64,000 bases of DNA from Minisyncoccota bacterium (lineage in GTDB: Bacteria > Patescibacteriota > Minisyncoccia > Phycocordibacterales > JACRKE01): the NCBI GenBank assembly GCA_041660505.1, contig JBAZWG010000001.1:541776-605775 (forward strand). Reading direction: 5' to 3'. This document shows positions 26,037 through 36,800 of the stretch, in pieces (position 1 is the stretch's first letter; every line of letters begins with the position of its first letter). The notes under the pieces were generated by a model. It saw nothing but the letters and a program-made list of their open reading frames with translations, searched no databases and was not told the DNA's origin. The position numbers were made by a program, and so were the translations under genes.

Positions 26037-26501
26037 ATGTACCTAAACAAAGTATTACTTATCGGTAATCTGACACGCGACCCGGAGAAGCGAGCTTTGC
26101 CGAATGGTACGAACGTTACGTCATTCAGCCTCGCGACTAATCGTATTTATAAAGACAAGAACGGTGCCAAGCAAGAATCGGTAGAATACCACAATGTCGT
26201 TACCTTCAGTAAACTCGCGGAATTGTGCGCACAATACTTAAAGAGAGGCCAGTCGGCATATGTGGAAGGCAGACTGCAGACGAGAAGTTGGGACGATAAA
26301 GCAACCAATCAGAAGAAGTACCGAACGGAGATAGTTGCAGACACGGTCCAGTTCGGGCAAAAGGCCGGTGGGAGTCCATCTACTCCGATGCCCGGAGGGG
26401 CCGGAGTTCCGACTTCGCCACAGGCGAACGTCGGAAAAGAAGCACTCGACACGATAGAGTACCCCGAAGAAGAAAGTAACGTCGAAGATATCCCATTTTA
26501 A
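26037..26501 (+). CDS. ssb: Single-stranded DNA-binding protein
   Basis: 154 aa. OB-fold N-terminus, Gly/Pro-rich linker, acidic tail EDIPF. Confidence 0.9.
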   Translation: MYLNKVLLIGNLTRDPEKRALPNGTNVTSFSLATNRIYKDKNGAKQESVEYHNVVTFSKLAELCAQYLKRGQSAYVEGRLQTRSWDDKATNQKKYRTEIVADTVQFGQKAGGSPSTPMPGGAGVPTSPQANVGKEALDTIEYPEEESNVEDIPF

Positions 26502-26531
26502 CAGAATTAAAGAATTATAGAATTAAAGAAT

Positions 26532-26744
26532 ATGATCTCATCCGCCAAACAATGTTATTTCTGCAATAATAACTTCAAGACGATAGACTACAAAGAGACC
26601 GAGCTCTTGAAGCGCTTCTTGTCACCGCACGCCCGCATTATGTCTCGCCGCAAGACCAGTACCTGCGCCAAGCATCAGCGCAAGTTAGACTCGGCTATCA
26701 AGCGCGCCAGACACTTGTCGCTCTTGCCATTCATCTCGCGTTAG
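26532..26744 (+). CDS. rpsR: 30S ribosomal protein S18
   Basis: 70 aa. Motif CYFCNNNFKTIDYKETELLKRFLSPHARI. Confidence 0.9.
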   Translation: MISSAKQCYFCNNNFKTIDYKETELLKRFLSPHARIMSRRKTSTCAKHQRKLDSAIKRARHLSLLPFISR

Positions 26745-26867
26745 AGCCATATTTTCACTGGAGTTGATAACTCGGTGGATAAACAGTGTACAAACTGTGG
26801 ATTAAGTATAGACTTTATAGCTGATAGTGTCTCCTGGCACTAGTTCATGGCTGGAAGGAGGTCCAGT

Positions 26868-27011
26868 ATGAACGTCGAACAGAGGGTCGAGGCTCGAAGG
26901 AAACTGCTGGATGTTATCCACGAACGGGAGAAGCATCCCGAAGACTCCTCTCTCGAGGAGGCCCAGAATAAAGCGGAACGCGAATTCAAGATCGCGTACG
27001 CAAATCGCTAG
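26868..27011 (+). CDS. Small hypothetical charged protein (47 aa) in a GC-elevated patch
   Basis: ATG preceded by a strong SD (ggaaggagg, 7-nt spacing). Followed by a GC hairpin plus T-run. Too short (<60 aa) to appear in the ORF track. Confidence 0.35.
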   Translation: MNVEQRVEARRKLLDVIHEREKHPEDSSLEEAQNKAEREFKIAYANR

Positions 27012-27021
27012 CCAGGCAACG

Positions 27022-27060
27022 GCGCCCCGAGGAATTTTTCCCGGGGCGCAGGACTTTTTA
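27022..27060 (+). terminator. Rho-independent terminator-like hairpin between the small ORF and efp
   Basis: gcgccccgag-gaatttttc-ccggggcgc stem, then aggacttttta. Confidence 0.4.
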
Positions 27061-27073
27061 CTTGAAAAAGCTA

Positions 27074-27652
27074 TTATTTACTCACTCGTTCGACGTATTC
27101 GCCGGTCTCGGTGTTGATGACAAGCGTATCGCCTTCGTTCACGAAGAGCGGGGCGTCGATGGAAGCGCCGGTCTCGATCTTCACTATTTTCATCCCGCCT
27201 TTAGCGGTGTCGCCCTTAATACCCGGGGCGGCCTCTGTCACTTTAACTTCAAGTTTGATGGGTAACTTCACGCCGATTATCTTTTCATCAAAGACAAGCG
27301 CATCAACCAGCATGTTGGTCTTGAGGAACTTGGCTGGCGTACCGAGGACATCGGCAGGGAGCTCAAAGCGCTTGCTGGGATCATTCGCCTCGCAGAACCA
27401 GAACTCGCCTTTGTTGGTAAAAAGATATTTGACCTGCTTGCGCGAGAGCTCGGCTTCTTCGGCTTTCTCGCTTACATGGAATGAATATTCAACAATGCGC
27501 CCGGAGATAAGGTTGCGGAGCTTGGTAGCATTGACCGGCTTGCGCTGTTGCTTACGGAAGACGTGAGATGTAAGCACCTCATAAGGTTCGCCTTCGTATA
27601 TGATGACCTTCTTCTCCTTGATATCGCTGTATTCGAGCATTGACATAGGCAA
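27074..27652 (-). CDS. efp: Elongation factor P
   Basis: 192 aa with three OB/KOW-like domains. Motifs VIIYEGEPYEV and KPVNATKLRNL. Confidence 0.9.
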   Translation of the reverse strand: MPMSMLEYSDIKEKKVIIYEGEPYEVLTSHVFRKQQRKPVNATKLRNLISGRIVEYSFHVSEKAEEAELSRKQVKYLFTNKGEFWFCEANDPSKRFELPADVLGTPAKFLKTNMLVDALVFDEKIIGVKLPIKLEVKVTEAAPGIKGDTAKGGMKIVKIETGASIDAPLFVNEGDTLVINTETGEYVERVSK

Positions 27653-27698
27653 GCATCATAGCATATATATAACTACTTGAGCAACCTTAAAATATGCT

Positions 27699-28259
27699 AT
27701 GCTGTTATATATGGAGATGAAACCAGATGAAGAGATATTAGCCCTTTCGGTCGCCAACCCGCGGCTTTTTTCTATTATCTTCGACCGTCACGAAGAGAAG
27801 TTCCGCCGCAAGGTCAAGCGCATTTTGGGCGATAGGCCGGAGGTGGAAGATGTCTTACAAGAGACTTTTGTGAAGATTTACCTTAATGCCGGTAAGTTCA
27901 AGAAGATTCCCGGCGCCTCGTTTACGTCATGGGCATATAAAATCCTGATTAATGTCACCTTTACCCAGTACAAGAAGTTAGATAAGAGGAAGGGGGACGT
28001 AGATATTTTAAAAGATGAATTACGTGAGGTGCTTCCGGACAAGTCGATGCCGGACCTGGCCTCGAAGGAGCTCAAGGACTACGTCGAATCAATCGTGGCG
28101 ACCCTGCCGGACAACCTTGGTCATGCGCTGACCGAGCACTTCATCAACGATAAACCGCAGGAGCAGATCGCGCGGGAGGAAGGTGTATCTGTCGGAGCGA
28201 TCAAGACTCGCATTCACAGAGCCAAAGAAGCCTTCCGCGAACAAGCATCAAAAGTCTAA
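27699..28259 (+). CDS. ECF-type RNA polymerase sigma factor
   Basis: 186 aa. Region 2 (DVLQETFVKIYLNAGKF..SWAYKILIN) and region 4 HTH (QIAREEGVSVGAIKTRIHRAKEAFRE). Confidence 0.8.
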   Translation: MLLYMEMKPDEEILALSVANPRLFSIIFDRHEEKFRRKVKRILGDRPEVEDVLQETFVKIYLNAGKFKKIPGASFTSWAYKILINVTFTQYKKLDKRKGDVDILKDELREVLPDKSMPDLASKELKDYVESIVATLPDNLGHALTEHFINDKPQEQIAREEGVSVGAIKTRIHRAKEAFREQASKV

Positions 28260-28305
28260 CGACTTTTGAAAATTTAAAGATTTAAATAGTAAAAATTTAA
28301 AAATT

Positions 28306-28644
28306 ATGAATAACGTACAACAATTAAAGAGGCGAGTCATGCGACGGGTGTATGCATTTTGGGTTTTGCGTACCGCATATCACTCCCTGTTGCTTAAAGG
28401 CGTTGCAATTTCGCTATTGTTTATTGAGTTAAGAGAATTGGTATCACTTAGAAACGTGATCACAAACACTCTACAGTCCGGAGGCATAGATCGCATGGTG
28501 TCTTATCTCGAATACTCTTTCGCTCACACTCAAGCGTCAGTACAAGTAACTCTAGCGCTTGTCGGTGTTCTGGCTGTTTGGTTCGTGGTTGACGCGATAC
28601 GAAAAGATTTTGTCGTGCCGGTTCAGCAATTCGCGCTCCGCTAG
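28306..28644 (+). CDS. Hypothetical small membrane protein (possible anti-sigma factor partner)
   Basis: 112 aa, two hydrophobic segments, immediately downstream of the ECF sigma gene. Confidence 0.35.
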   Translation: MNNVQQLKRRVMRRVYAFWVLRTAYHSLLLKGVAISLLFIELRELVSLRNVITNTLQSGGIDRMVSYLEYSFAHTQASVQVTLALVGVLAVWFVVDAIRKDFVVPVQQFALR

Positions 28645-28652
28645 ACGCCCAG

Positions 28653-28688
28653 AGGTTCGACCTTAAGCACCAAAAAGGTCGAACCTCA
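28653..28688. repeat. REPIN-like palindromic doublet, family A copy A3 (variant GGTTCGACC)
   Basis: gaggttcgacctt / 10 nt / aaggtcgaacctc. Located between the membrane-protein gene and the recA 3' end. Confidence 0.7.
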
Positions 28689-28695
28689 AAGGTGA

Positions 28696-29763
28696 TTATT
28701 CTTCGTCAGTCGGTTCCTTATCGTCATCAGCCGATTCTGACGCGGGGGATTTCATATCTAGGGCGCCTTTTTCTACGTTCTCTATAATCTTTTTCTTTAA
28801 TTCGTCACGGACTTTGTGATTTTCTTTAAGGAATGTTCTGGTGGCGTCATAACCGCGGCCTAGCTTGAGATCGCCGTACGCATATGAGGAACCACTCTTC
28901 TGGATTAAGCCTTGCTTCTCGGCAAGGGCGATGATCTCGCCTTCGGGGGAAATACCTTCGTTGTAGATAATGTCGAACTCGGCGAATTTGAAGGGGGCGG
29001 CCACTTTGTTCTTGACCACCTTGGCGCGGGTGCGCGAGCCCACAACCTCTTCGCCTTTCTTGATCTGGGCAATGCGGCGAATGTCGATACGAACCGATGA
29101 ATAGAACTTGAGCGCCTTACCGCCCGGGGTCGTCTCGGGGTTACCGAACATGACACCGATCTGCATTCTGATCTGATTTATAAATATGACGACAGTCTTG
29201 CTCTTGGCGACGATGGCAGTCATTTTGCGCAAAGCTTGCGACATTAGACGCGCCTGCTTGCCGACGTGGAAGGCGCCCATATCGCCCTCAATCTCGTCTT
29301 TTGGCGTAAGCGCCGCGACGGAGTCTATAACGAGCACATCAATCTGTCCGGAGCGAATGAGGCTGTCGGCAATCTCGAGCGCTTGCTCGCCGTTGTCCGG
29401 CTGGGAAATGAGGAGGTCGTTAATTTTCACACCAAGCTTCTTGGAGTATTCCGGGTCCATGGCGTGTTCGGCGTCGATGAAGGCACAGACCCCGCCTTTC
29501 TTCTGCGCTTCGGCAATCACGTGCAGAGACAGAGTAGTCTTGCCTGATGATTCTGGACCGTATATCTCGATGATACGACCACGGGGGAGTCCGCCGACTC
29601 CGAGTGCCAGGTCGAGGCCTAGTGAACCGGTCGGAACGGCGTCAACGTCCACATGTGGCTTCTCACCTAGACGCATAATAGAGCCCTCGCCGAACTTGGT
29701 CTGAATAGCTTTGATCGCATTCTCAACTCCCGCCGAAGGTCGTTCGGTTACTTTTTTTGCCAT
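28696..29763 (-). CDS. recA: Recombinase RecA
   Basis: 355 aa. Walker [11 protein letters not shown]1/L2 loops, acidic C-terminus. Confidence 0.95.
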   Translation of the reverse strand: MAKKVTERPSAGVENAIKAIQTKFGEGSIMRLGEKPHVDVDAVPTGSLGLDLALGVGGLPRGRIIEIYGPESSGKTTLSLHVIAEAQKKGGVCAFIDAEHAMDPEYSKKLGVKINDLLISQPDNGEQALEIADSLIRSGQIDVLVIDSVAALTPKDEIEGDMGAFHVGKQARLMSQALRKMTAIVAKSKTVVIFINQIRMQIGVMFGNPETTPGGKALKFYSSVRIDIRRIAQIKKGEEVVGSRTRAKVVKNKVAAPFKFAEFDIIYNEGISPEGEIIALAEKQGLIQKSGSSYAYGDLKLGRGYDATRTFLKENHKVRDELKKKIIENVEKGALDMKSPASESADDDKEPTDEE

Positions 29764-29782
29764 AGTGACATATTATTATAGT

Positions 29783-30184
29783 CTAATAACTGCGTATTGA
29801 TGTCGGGAGTCCGGCAACCGGAGCATGCGGTGAATTCGCTTCTGCTACGAGTTCGAGCTTGCGCTCGATTTGTCGGCCAAATTTGTCCCGTGCTCGTACT
29901 TCTATCACATTATAGCCGGGAGACAAGAGGATATCTTTTTTAAAATGTCCGAGCGTATCAGTAAAGAGGTCTCCGCCATTAACTTGGATTGACGATACGT
30001 GGTCGGCCGTTCCTTTGATCGATATAAGACCAGCGTTTACGGTCGCTCCATTGGCCGGGTAATCTATTACAATTTGCGGACCTCGCGCAAAATCTTTCAT
30101 CTCGAATGCAGTATAAGACAAAATCACAAACGCAAGCATTATGCCTATGTATCTCCCTATCTTTTTCTTTGTCTGATAATGCAT
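29783..30184 (-). CDS. Hypothetical membrane-anchored protein
   Basis: 133 aa. N-terminal TM (IGRYIGIMLAFVILSYTAF), then a beta-rich soluble domain. Upstream of recA. Confidence 0.4.
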   Translation of the reverse strand: MHYQTKKKIGRYIGIMLAFVILSYTAFEMKDFARGPQIVIDYPANGATVNAGLISIKGTADHVSSIQVNGGDLFTDTLGHFKKDILLSPGYNVIEVRARDKFGRQIERKLELVAEANSPHAPVAGLPTSIRSY

Positions 30185-30221
30185 GTCTTTAATAATCAGT
30201 ATAACACAAGACCGATGTCTT

Positions 30222-32528
30222 TTAGCTACTCAAATTGTCCCCACCTGTGGATTGCCCGGGGCTGCTAATGAGCGCATCGGCAGAAGCAGTGTCTTTATCT
30301 AGACCGAAGCTTGAACCGCTTGCTCCATACACTTCGCGCGGCTTTGCGCCCTCGCCAGGGCCAACAACTCCTCTTTCTTCCAGCAGATCGATAAGACGAG
30401 CCGCTCTGGCATAGCCGACCTTAAGCTTGCGCTGGAGATAAGAAGTAGAAGCCTTGCCGGCTTGCATTACCGCCTCTCTTGCTGATTCATAAAGCTCATC
30501 GTCATCACCGGAGCTCTCGCTGTCGAAGCCGGCAACAGACTTCTCTGTGAACATGTCGCCTGAAGAGGTCGGTTCGCTCATGTGAATTTCGTTCGGGGCC
30601 ATATCCTCATACTGATCTATCAAATACTTCACCACCTTCTTTGTCTCAGGCTCTGACACGAATGAACATTGGAGGCGGACCGGCTTGGACATGTCACCAC
30701 CGAGATAGAGCATGTCACCGGCGCCGAGCAGTTTCTCTGCTCCAGGCATATCAATAATAGTGCGCGAGTCGATTTGTGAGGGTACCTGGAGGGCGACACG
30801 CGATGGTATGTTGGCTTTAATCAGACCAGTGATTACCTCTGTAGATGGTCGCTGGGTTGATAAGATCAAGTGGATGCCGACTGCACGTGACATCTGGGCC
30901 AGGCGGACGATGGCGGCCTCAAGCTCTCGAGGATAGGCGGTCATAATATCAGCAAGTTCATCTAGCACTATAACTATGTATGGCATCGGGTCGGGCAATT
31001 CAGCGTCTACTTTTTTGTTTTTCTCGAGTGCGGGTTCAAAAATATTCTTGTGGTACGACTGAATGTCGCGCGAACCGGTGCTCTCTAATATTTCATATCG
31101 GCGTTCCATTTCCTTCGCGGCCCAACGAAGAGACAAGATGCTTTTCTTCGCATCGGTGATAACCGGCGTCAAAAGATGCGGGATTTTGTTGTAAAGTGTG
31201 AGCTCGACGCGCTTTGGGTCTATCATGATAAAGCGCATCGCCTCGGGCGAATTGCGGTATAAGAGTGACAAGATGAGTGCGTGGATAGTCACAGACTTGC
31301 CGGAACCGGTCGCACCGGCAATAAGCATATGTGGAGACTTGGCAAGGTCGGTAAATAATGCAGCGCCCGACACGGTACGACCCATTGCCATAAGGAGCGG
31401 CTTGCTTGAGCCAGCGAATTGATCAGAGGCCAGCATTGATCCCAAGCGCACTGTTGTCTTGGTTGTGTTCGGTATCTCAATGCCAACGAGTGACTTGCCA
31501 GGTATCGGTGCTTCTATGCGAAGAGGGTGCGCCGCAAGCGCAAGCGACAAGTCATTCTGCAGGGCTACAATCTTCGAGAGTTTAACGCCTTCGGCCGGCT
31601 TAAGTGCATAGCGAGTAACCGATGGGCCGATTGATATCTCGTCCATCTCTACATTAATACCGAAGTTAAGCAAGGTGCGTTTGATAATATTGGAGTTCGC
31701 TTTGATGTCGCCTACGCCCGGTTTGCCGGTATCTTCTTCTAAAAGAGAGAGCGGGGGGGGCACGAATGCGCCACGGCTTCTGAAGGCCGTTGAGAATTCT
31801 TCCTCTGAAATTTCAGCTGTTTTAGCCGATGCTATAATTCTAGATTTCTTATTGGAATTATCTATTGGTGTCTCTGGTCTGGCTTCAGGCTTTGTCCCCT
31901 CGGGTTGTGCGGCGAGTTTGAGTTGTTCTGGCTTCTCGATATCCACGTCTTCGTCTTCAGACTCTGGTTCCTCACCCCATAAACGTCTCCCGAATAATTT
32001 ACCATCAAGCGATATTTGCGTATCAAGAAGTATCAGGATTCCCACGACCGCCACAGCAGTCAATATAATCATACTGACGGTCGGGTCGAAAAGTTTATCC
32101 AGAACAACAGCCAAGCCCTGTCCTATTAAACCGCCGGAAAGATAGCCGTGCGTCGGCTGGCGAAAGCGCAAGTCCATGAGTCCGAGAGCCGCCAAGAAAA
32201 GTATTGCACTGCCGAACACAGAGGTCGTCACCATTTGCGGCCGCATCGCTTTACTGAAGAGATAGCCGAGCACAGCGAGCGCAAGCGGGAATAGCAGATA
32301 CCCTGAACCAAATAGGAGATACAGATAATAGTACGCGCCCTTGAATACGATACCGCCGAAGCCGAACTTGGCAAGGAATAGGAGGAGTGCCAAAAGGATG
32401 CAAGCGACAGCAAGCACCCCGTGCTTGGTCTCGTGTTTCAAGCCCTCATTAACTTTAGAAAAGAAACCCGATGAGGTCTTCTCGTCAACGTTATCGCGCT
32501 CACTCTTCTTGATTTTTTTTCTTGCCAT
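30222..32528 (-). CDS. ftsK: DNA translocase FtsK/SpoIIIE
   Basis: 768 aa. N-terminal TM region, linker, motor domain with Walker A AGATGSGKS, C-terminal gamma wHTH domain. Confidence 0.9.
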   Translation of the reverse strand: MARKKIKKSERDNVDEKTSSGFFSKVNEGLKHETKHGVLAVACILLALLLFLAKFGFGGIVFKGAYYYLYLLFGSGYLLFPLALAVLGYLFSKAMRPQMVTTSVFGSAILFLAALGLMDLRFRQPTHGYLSGGLIGQGLAVVLDKLFDPTVSMIILTAVAVVGILILLDTQISLDGKLFGRRLWGEEPESEDEDVDIEKPEQLKLAAQPEGTKPEARPETPIDNSNKKSRIIASAKTAEISEEEFSTAFRSRGAFVPPPLSLLEEDTGKPGVGDIKANSNIIKRTLLNFGINVEMDEISIGPSVTRYALKPAEGVKLSKIVALQNDLSLALAAHPLRIEAPIPGKSLVGIEIPNTTKTTVRLGSMLASDQFAGSSKPLLMAMGRTVSGAALFTDLAKSPHMLIAGATGSGKSVTIHALILSLLYRNSPEAMRFIMIDPKRVELTLYNKIPHLLTPVITDAKKSILSLRWAAKEMERRYEILESTGSRDIQSYHKNIFEPALEKNKKVDAELPDPMPYIVIVLDELADIMTAYPRELEAAIVRLAQMSRAVGIHLILSTQRPSTEVITGLIKANIPSRVALQVPSQIDSRTIIDMPGAEKLLGAGDMLYLGGDMSKPVRLQCSFVSEPETKKVVKYLIDQYEDMAPNEIHMSEPTSSGDMFTEKSVAGFDSESSGDDDELYESAREAVMQAGKASTSYLQRKLKVGYARAARLIDLLEERGVVGPGEGAKPREVYGASGSSFGLDKDTASADALISSPGQSTGGDNLSS

Positions 32529-32610
32529 ACAATATCTAGAAATATAGCTAAGTATAGCAGAAAAGCATTGTTACAGAAGGGGAATACCTGCCGGGTAACG
32601 TCAAGCTTGT

Positions 32611-33390
32611 ATGTCGGACATGTCTTATATATACTGGCGTCACAACAGAAGAAGAATGTCCGACAAGAACTGTATAAAACACAATAAGACAAACAGAAAC
32701 AGAAGAGATAAAAGACAGCAAAACATGACAGAAAACTCTATAAGACAGTATGGTGAAACACCAGAAAATAGTAAGTTTTTGTTATTAAAGACAGAGAAGC
32801 TATCGGTCGCCATTCACATAGTGACCGGGCATTTGTCGGGGCGAGAGCCTCTGCGAGAAGAACTTCGTCGCATGTCGCTTAGACTTGTAGAGGACGTACG
32901 TGAGTTGATATACGGAGAGCAAGAAAGTTTGCTGTCCGACACTTCGCATCTGGAGAAAGTTGCCGGCTCCATAGTCTCTAGTTTGTATGTCGCAAAAAGT
33001 GCAAAAATAATAGGCCAGGGTAATGTATCTGTGCTCGAGCGTGAATATTTGGAGCTCGGAAATTATTTTACAAAAAGCATGCCGGAACAAGAGATCCTGC
33101 CGACAAGGGAATTACCAGCCAAAAAGATTTCTATCGGACATGAAATAAGTAAAGGACATAAGTCGTCTGAACGCGTAAAAAGTTCACACAATCCTCCGGA
33201 AGGCCTTTCTCGTAAAGAATCAATACTCAATATAATAGAAGGTCGTAACTCCTATTCGCTTGGTGACATCGTCTCAAAAATTAAAGGGATAAGCGAGAAA
33301 ACTATCCAACGCGACCTCCTTGGGCTGGTTAGTCGCAAGGTACTCAAAAAGATAGGGGAGCGGCGCTGGAGCCGATACATGCGAGCATAA
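32611..33390 (+). CDS. Hypothetical DNA-binding protein (C-terminal wHTH-like)
   Basis: 259 aa as given. The first ~40 codons are Arg/Asn-rich and overlap an inverted repeat (atgtcggacat / atgtccgacaa), so the true start may be ATG 32728 (MTENSIRQYG..). C-terminus SLGDIVSKIKGISEKTIQRDLLGLVSRKVL looks HTH-like. Confidence 0.45.
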   Translation: MSDMSYIYWRHNRRRMSDKNCIKHNKTNRNRRDKRQQNMTENSIRQYGETPENSKFLLLKTEKLSVAIHIVTGHLSGREPLREELRRMSLRLVEDVRELIYGEQESLLSDTSHLEKVAGSIVSSLYVAKSAKIIGQGNVSVLEREYLELGNYFTKSMPEQEILPTRELPAKKISIGHEISKGHKSSERVKSSHNPPEGLSRKESILNIIEGRNSYSLGDIVSKIKGISEKTIQRDLLGLVSRKVLKKIGERRWSRYMRA

Positions 33391-33396
33391 TAGACG

Positions 33397-33444
33397 AAAC
33401 ACAAGGCAGTCTTCTGTGAGCCCCAGAAGACTGCCTTGTGTTTG
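33397..33444 (+). terminator. Long perfect hairpin downstream of 32611..33390
   Basis: aaacacaaggcagtcttctg / tgagcccc / agaagactgccttgtgtttg, a 20-bp perfect stem. No canonical U-run follows. Confidence 0.45.
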
Positions 33445-33853
33445 AGGCGAAGTTGACTTTTGAGCCCCAAAAAGCTATTATTGACGGACGCTCTTATAGG
33501 GGTAAAAAAGGCTTAAAACACCTTACTTATCCACATAATGGCTTTGCAGATTGATGAACGAACGGCTATACTTTCCGCTAGGCGGGTACTGTCCTGAGTC
33601 GTCTCTGTATTCAGGTATTCATTTCCTGAACTTTGAAAACAGAATAAATCAGTAACGATAGAAATGTTTTTGTGTTTTAAGTTTGTCTTAAACTCATTCC
33701 GACAATTACTAAAATCGGAATGTTTAAGAATTAAGTTTGGTATCAAAATGCGATGGATTACTTGGTGACTTGTCGAAGCCAGGTCCCTCGCATGCGGTTC
33801 TTCTCTAAGGTCTCGTAGCCCGAAAGAAGGATCATTTATTAGAAACAATATAT

Positions 33854-36800
33854 ATGAGTAGAAAGTTCAAAAACTCGAAAGTGACGAAAGTCATTTCAGG
33901 TTTGACGGGCTTGATGACTGCAGTGGTCATGGTTGGTGGGGCACTCGTAGTGCCTGCATCTGCCGCAACCGCAGCAGAACTTCAATCTCAAATCGACGCT
34001 CTTCTCTCGCAGGTTCAGACCCTACAAGGTCAGGCCGAAGGAGGAGGATCAGCATCGTCAGGTTACACCTTCAGCAAGAATCTCTTGCTCGGTAGCACAG
34101 GTGCTGACGTTAAGGCGCTTCAAGAGCTCTTGAACCAGGATTCAGATACACAAGTATCTGTAACTGGCGCAGGTTCTCCGGGTGCAGAGACTTCATACTT
34201 TGGTCCTGCAACGAAACGCGCAGTTATTAAATTCCAAGAGAAGTACGCAGATGAGATTCTTGCCCCGATCGGCTTGGCCCACGGGACAGGAACAGTCGGC
34301 CCAGCCACTCGCGCAAAATTGAATGAGTGGTCAGGTACGGTCTCTAGTACAGACACTACTACCAGTACATTCCCTGCCGGCTGTACATCAGCTAGTGGCT
34401 TCAGTCCGACAACCGGACAGTCATGTGCTTCTGGTACAACGACAACCACAACCACGACACTTCCGGCCGGCTGTACATCAGCTAGTGGCTTCAGTCCGAC
34501 AACCGGACAGTCCTGTGCCGGCGGTACAACCACCACAACGACTACGACTGGTGCAGGAACCCTCACGGTTTCTTCTGCCACTCAGCCGATGAACTCGCTC
34601 GCACCGAAAGGTACGTCGCGTGTTCCGTTCACAACCTTCACACTCACCGCAGGTGCGTCTGATGTCTCTGTGACAGGTGTCACCGTCCAGCGCGCAGGTC
34701 TCGCACAAGATGCGGCCTTCGCCGGTGTCGTTCTCTTGAGCAGTGATGGTACACAGCTCGGTATTGCCAAGACTTTGAACTCGGACCACACCGCAACAGT
34801 GGGTGATCCGTTCACTGTCAAGGCCGGTACTTCAGCCACCTACACCATCGCCGGTAACATGGCAGCGGATGAGACTTCATACGCAGGCCAAGTTGCCCAG
34901 CTCAATGTTATGGGTATCCAGACTGCCGCCACGGTATCAGGAACCTTCCCGATCCTCGGCGCCCAGCAGACGATTAACAACACTTTGAGTGTTGGTACGG
35001 CAACTTTCGCCGCTTCTTCTTTTGACCCTAACACGGCTCAAAGCAAGCAGATCGGTGAGACGGCTTACAAGTTCTCTGGTCTACGCGTTACCGCGGGTTC
35101 AGCAGAACGCGTAATCCTCAAGTCTGTTCGCTGGTACCAGTCAGGCTCGGCCGCATCAGGCGACCTTGCTAATGTCATCACTAAAGTTGATGGCGACAGC
35201 ACCCTATATCCGACGACTGTGTCGGCAGACGGTAAGTACTACACGACAATCTTCGGTACAAGCGGCCTCTTGATTGACAAGGGTCTCTCAAAGGATCTCT
35301 ATGTAACTGGTGACCTCGTAGGTGCTGGTTCTTCAGGCCGAACTGTAGAATTCGATGTTTACAAGAACACCGATATCTACATGACGGGTGAGACCTACGG
35401 CTACGGTATCATCGGTACAGCTACGGCCAACTGTAACGCAGTTGCTTCAACAGCAACGACAGCTTCTGAATTCATCAACTCAAGCACTTCTTGTGCGTCA
35501 TCCGGTACGATTGGTACGCCGTTCTATAGCGCTTCGGTCTTAACGATCAGCGCCGGTTCGGTAACCAGTCTCCAGAAGGCCACATCGGTTCCTTCGCAGA
35601 ACATTGCAGTCAATGTTCCGAATCAGATCTTGGGTGGCTATATTGTAGACCTCAAGGGTGAGCCGGTAGCGGTTCAGTCACATGTCTTCACAATCGCTTC
35701 CTCAACAGCGGTTGCAGGAAATGGTGTGCTTACAAGTGTAACTCTCGTTGATGAGAACGGTGCAGTTGTCGCCGGTCCTGTCGATGGAGTTTCTGCTACA
35801 GGTAACACGCCGACCCAGACAGTGACCTTCACCGATACGGTAACGTACAAGATCGGAGCACACACTTATACCCTTAAGGGTAAGGTGCCTTCGACCGCAA
35901 GTACGGGTAACACCTATCAGGTTTCCTCGTTCACGCTCTCGAGTGCAACAGGCCAGACAACGGGTAACACAATTACCTTCCCGGCCGGTACTGCGCTCAA
36001 TACGATGACGGTTAAGTCCGGTGCGCTCGCAGTTTCTGTCTCGTCACAGCCGGTAGCACAGAGCATTGTGTCCGGCGGTACGAACGTACTTCTCGCGAAC
36101 TACCAGCTTGACGCATCGCAGTCCGGTGAAGATGTACGCTTCTCTTCGCTCACCGGTACGCTCACGAGCACCGGTACCGAATTCGCAACCACTTCGCTTA
36201 CGAACTGTCAGATCTACAATGATGCTGGTGTTTCGATAACGACAGGTTCGAATGTTGTCAATCCAACTGCTACGACGATTGCCTGGACATTCGACAACTC
36301 TTACACCGTAACCAAGGGGACCACCAAGACTCTCTCGGCCAAGTGTAACTTGTCAACAGCAGCAGTTGCGGGCAACATCGTCAGTCTCGGCCTTGCGGCA
36401 AGTGCATTGGGAACGGCCACTGGCCAAACTTCCGGCAATACAGTCGGAACGACCTATAGCGCTTCTGTGGGTCCTGCGATGACGATTGCCGCAGGTTCGT
36501 TTGCAGTGTCTCAAGATTCTTCCGCTCCTTCATACACTGTTGTTGGGTCAAGTGCGAACGTGCCGGCAACCGGCATTGTTGCTAACGTGCTTCGCTTCCG
36601 CGCAACTAATGAAGGCGTCAACTTGACCAAGCTCGGTATTCAGTTGACAAATGCCACAGTGGCATCGTCTTCGTCATCCGACTTGTTGCAGTACACAGTA
36701 TGGGATGGCAGTACTCTCTTAGGTACCCAGACCATTACTGGTTCTGCCTCATTCGCGACAACCACACTCACACTCATGAATCCCGCTGGAGTTCCGCTCC

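Noticed and set aside
33513-33848. 111-aa minus-strand ORF in the long region upstream of the giant surface-protein gene
   Set aside because: No RBS, no motif, and an odd composition. The region is more plausibly a noncoding promoter/leader. I could not recognise tmRNA, RNase P, SRP or 6S signatures in it either, so no ncRNA is called.
34120-34839. Several ORFs antisense to or out of frame with the giant surface-protein gene (for example 34120..34581 -)
   Set aside because: They overlap the tandem-repeat and Thr-rich region. Their repetitive translations mirror the sense-strand repeat, so they are artefacts.
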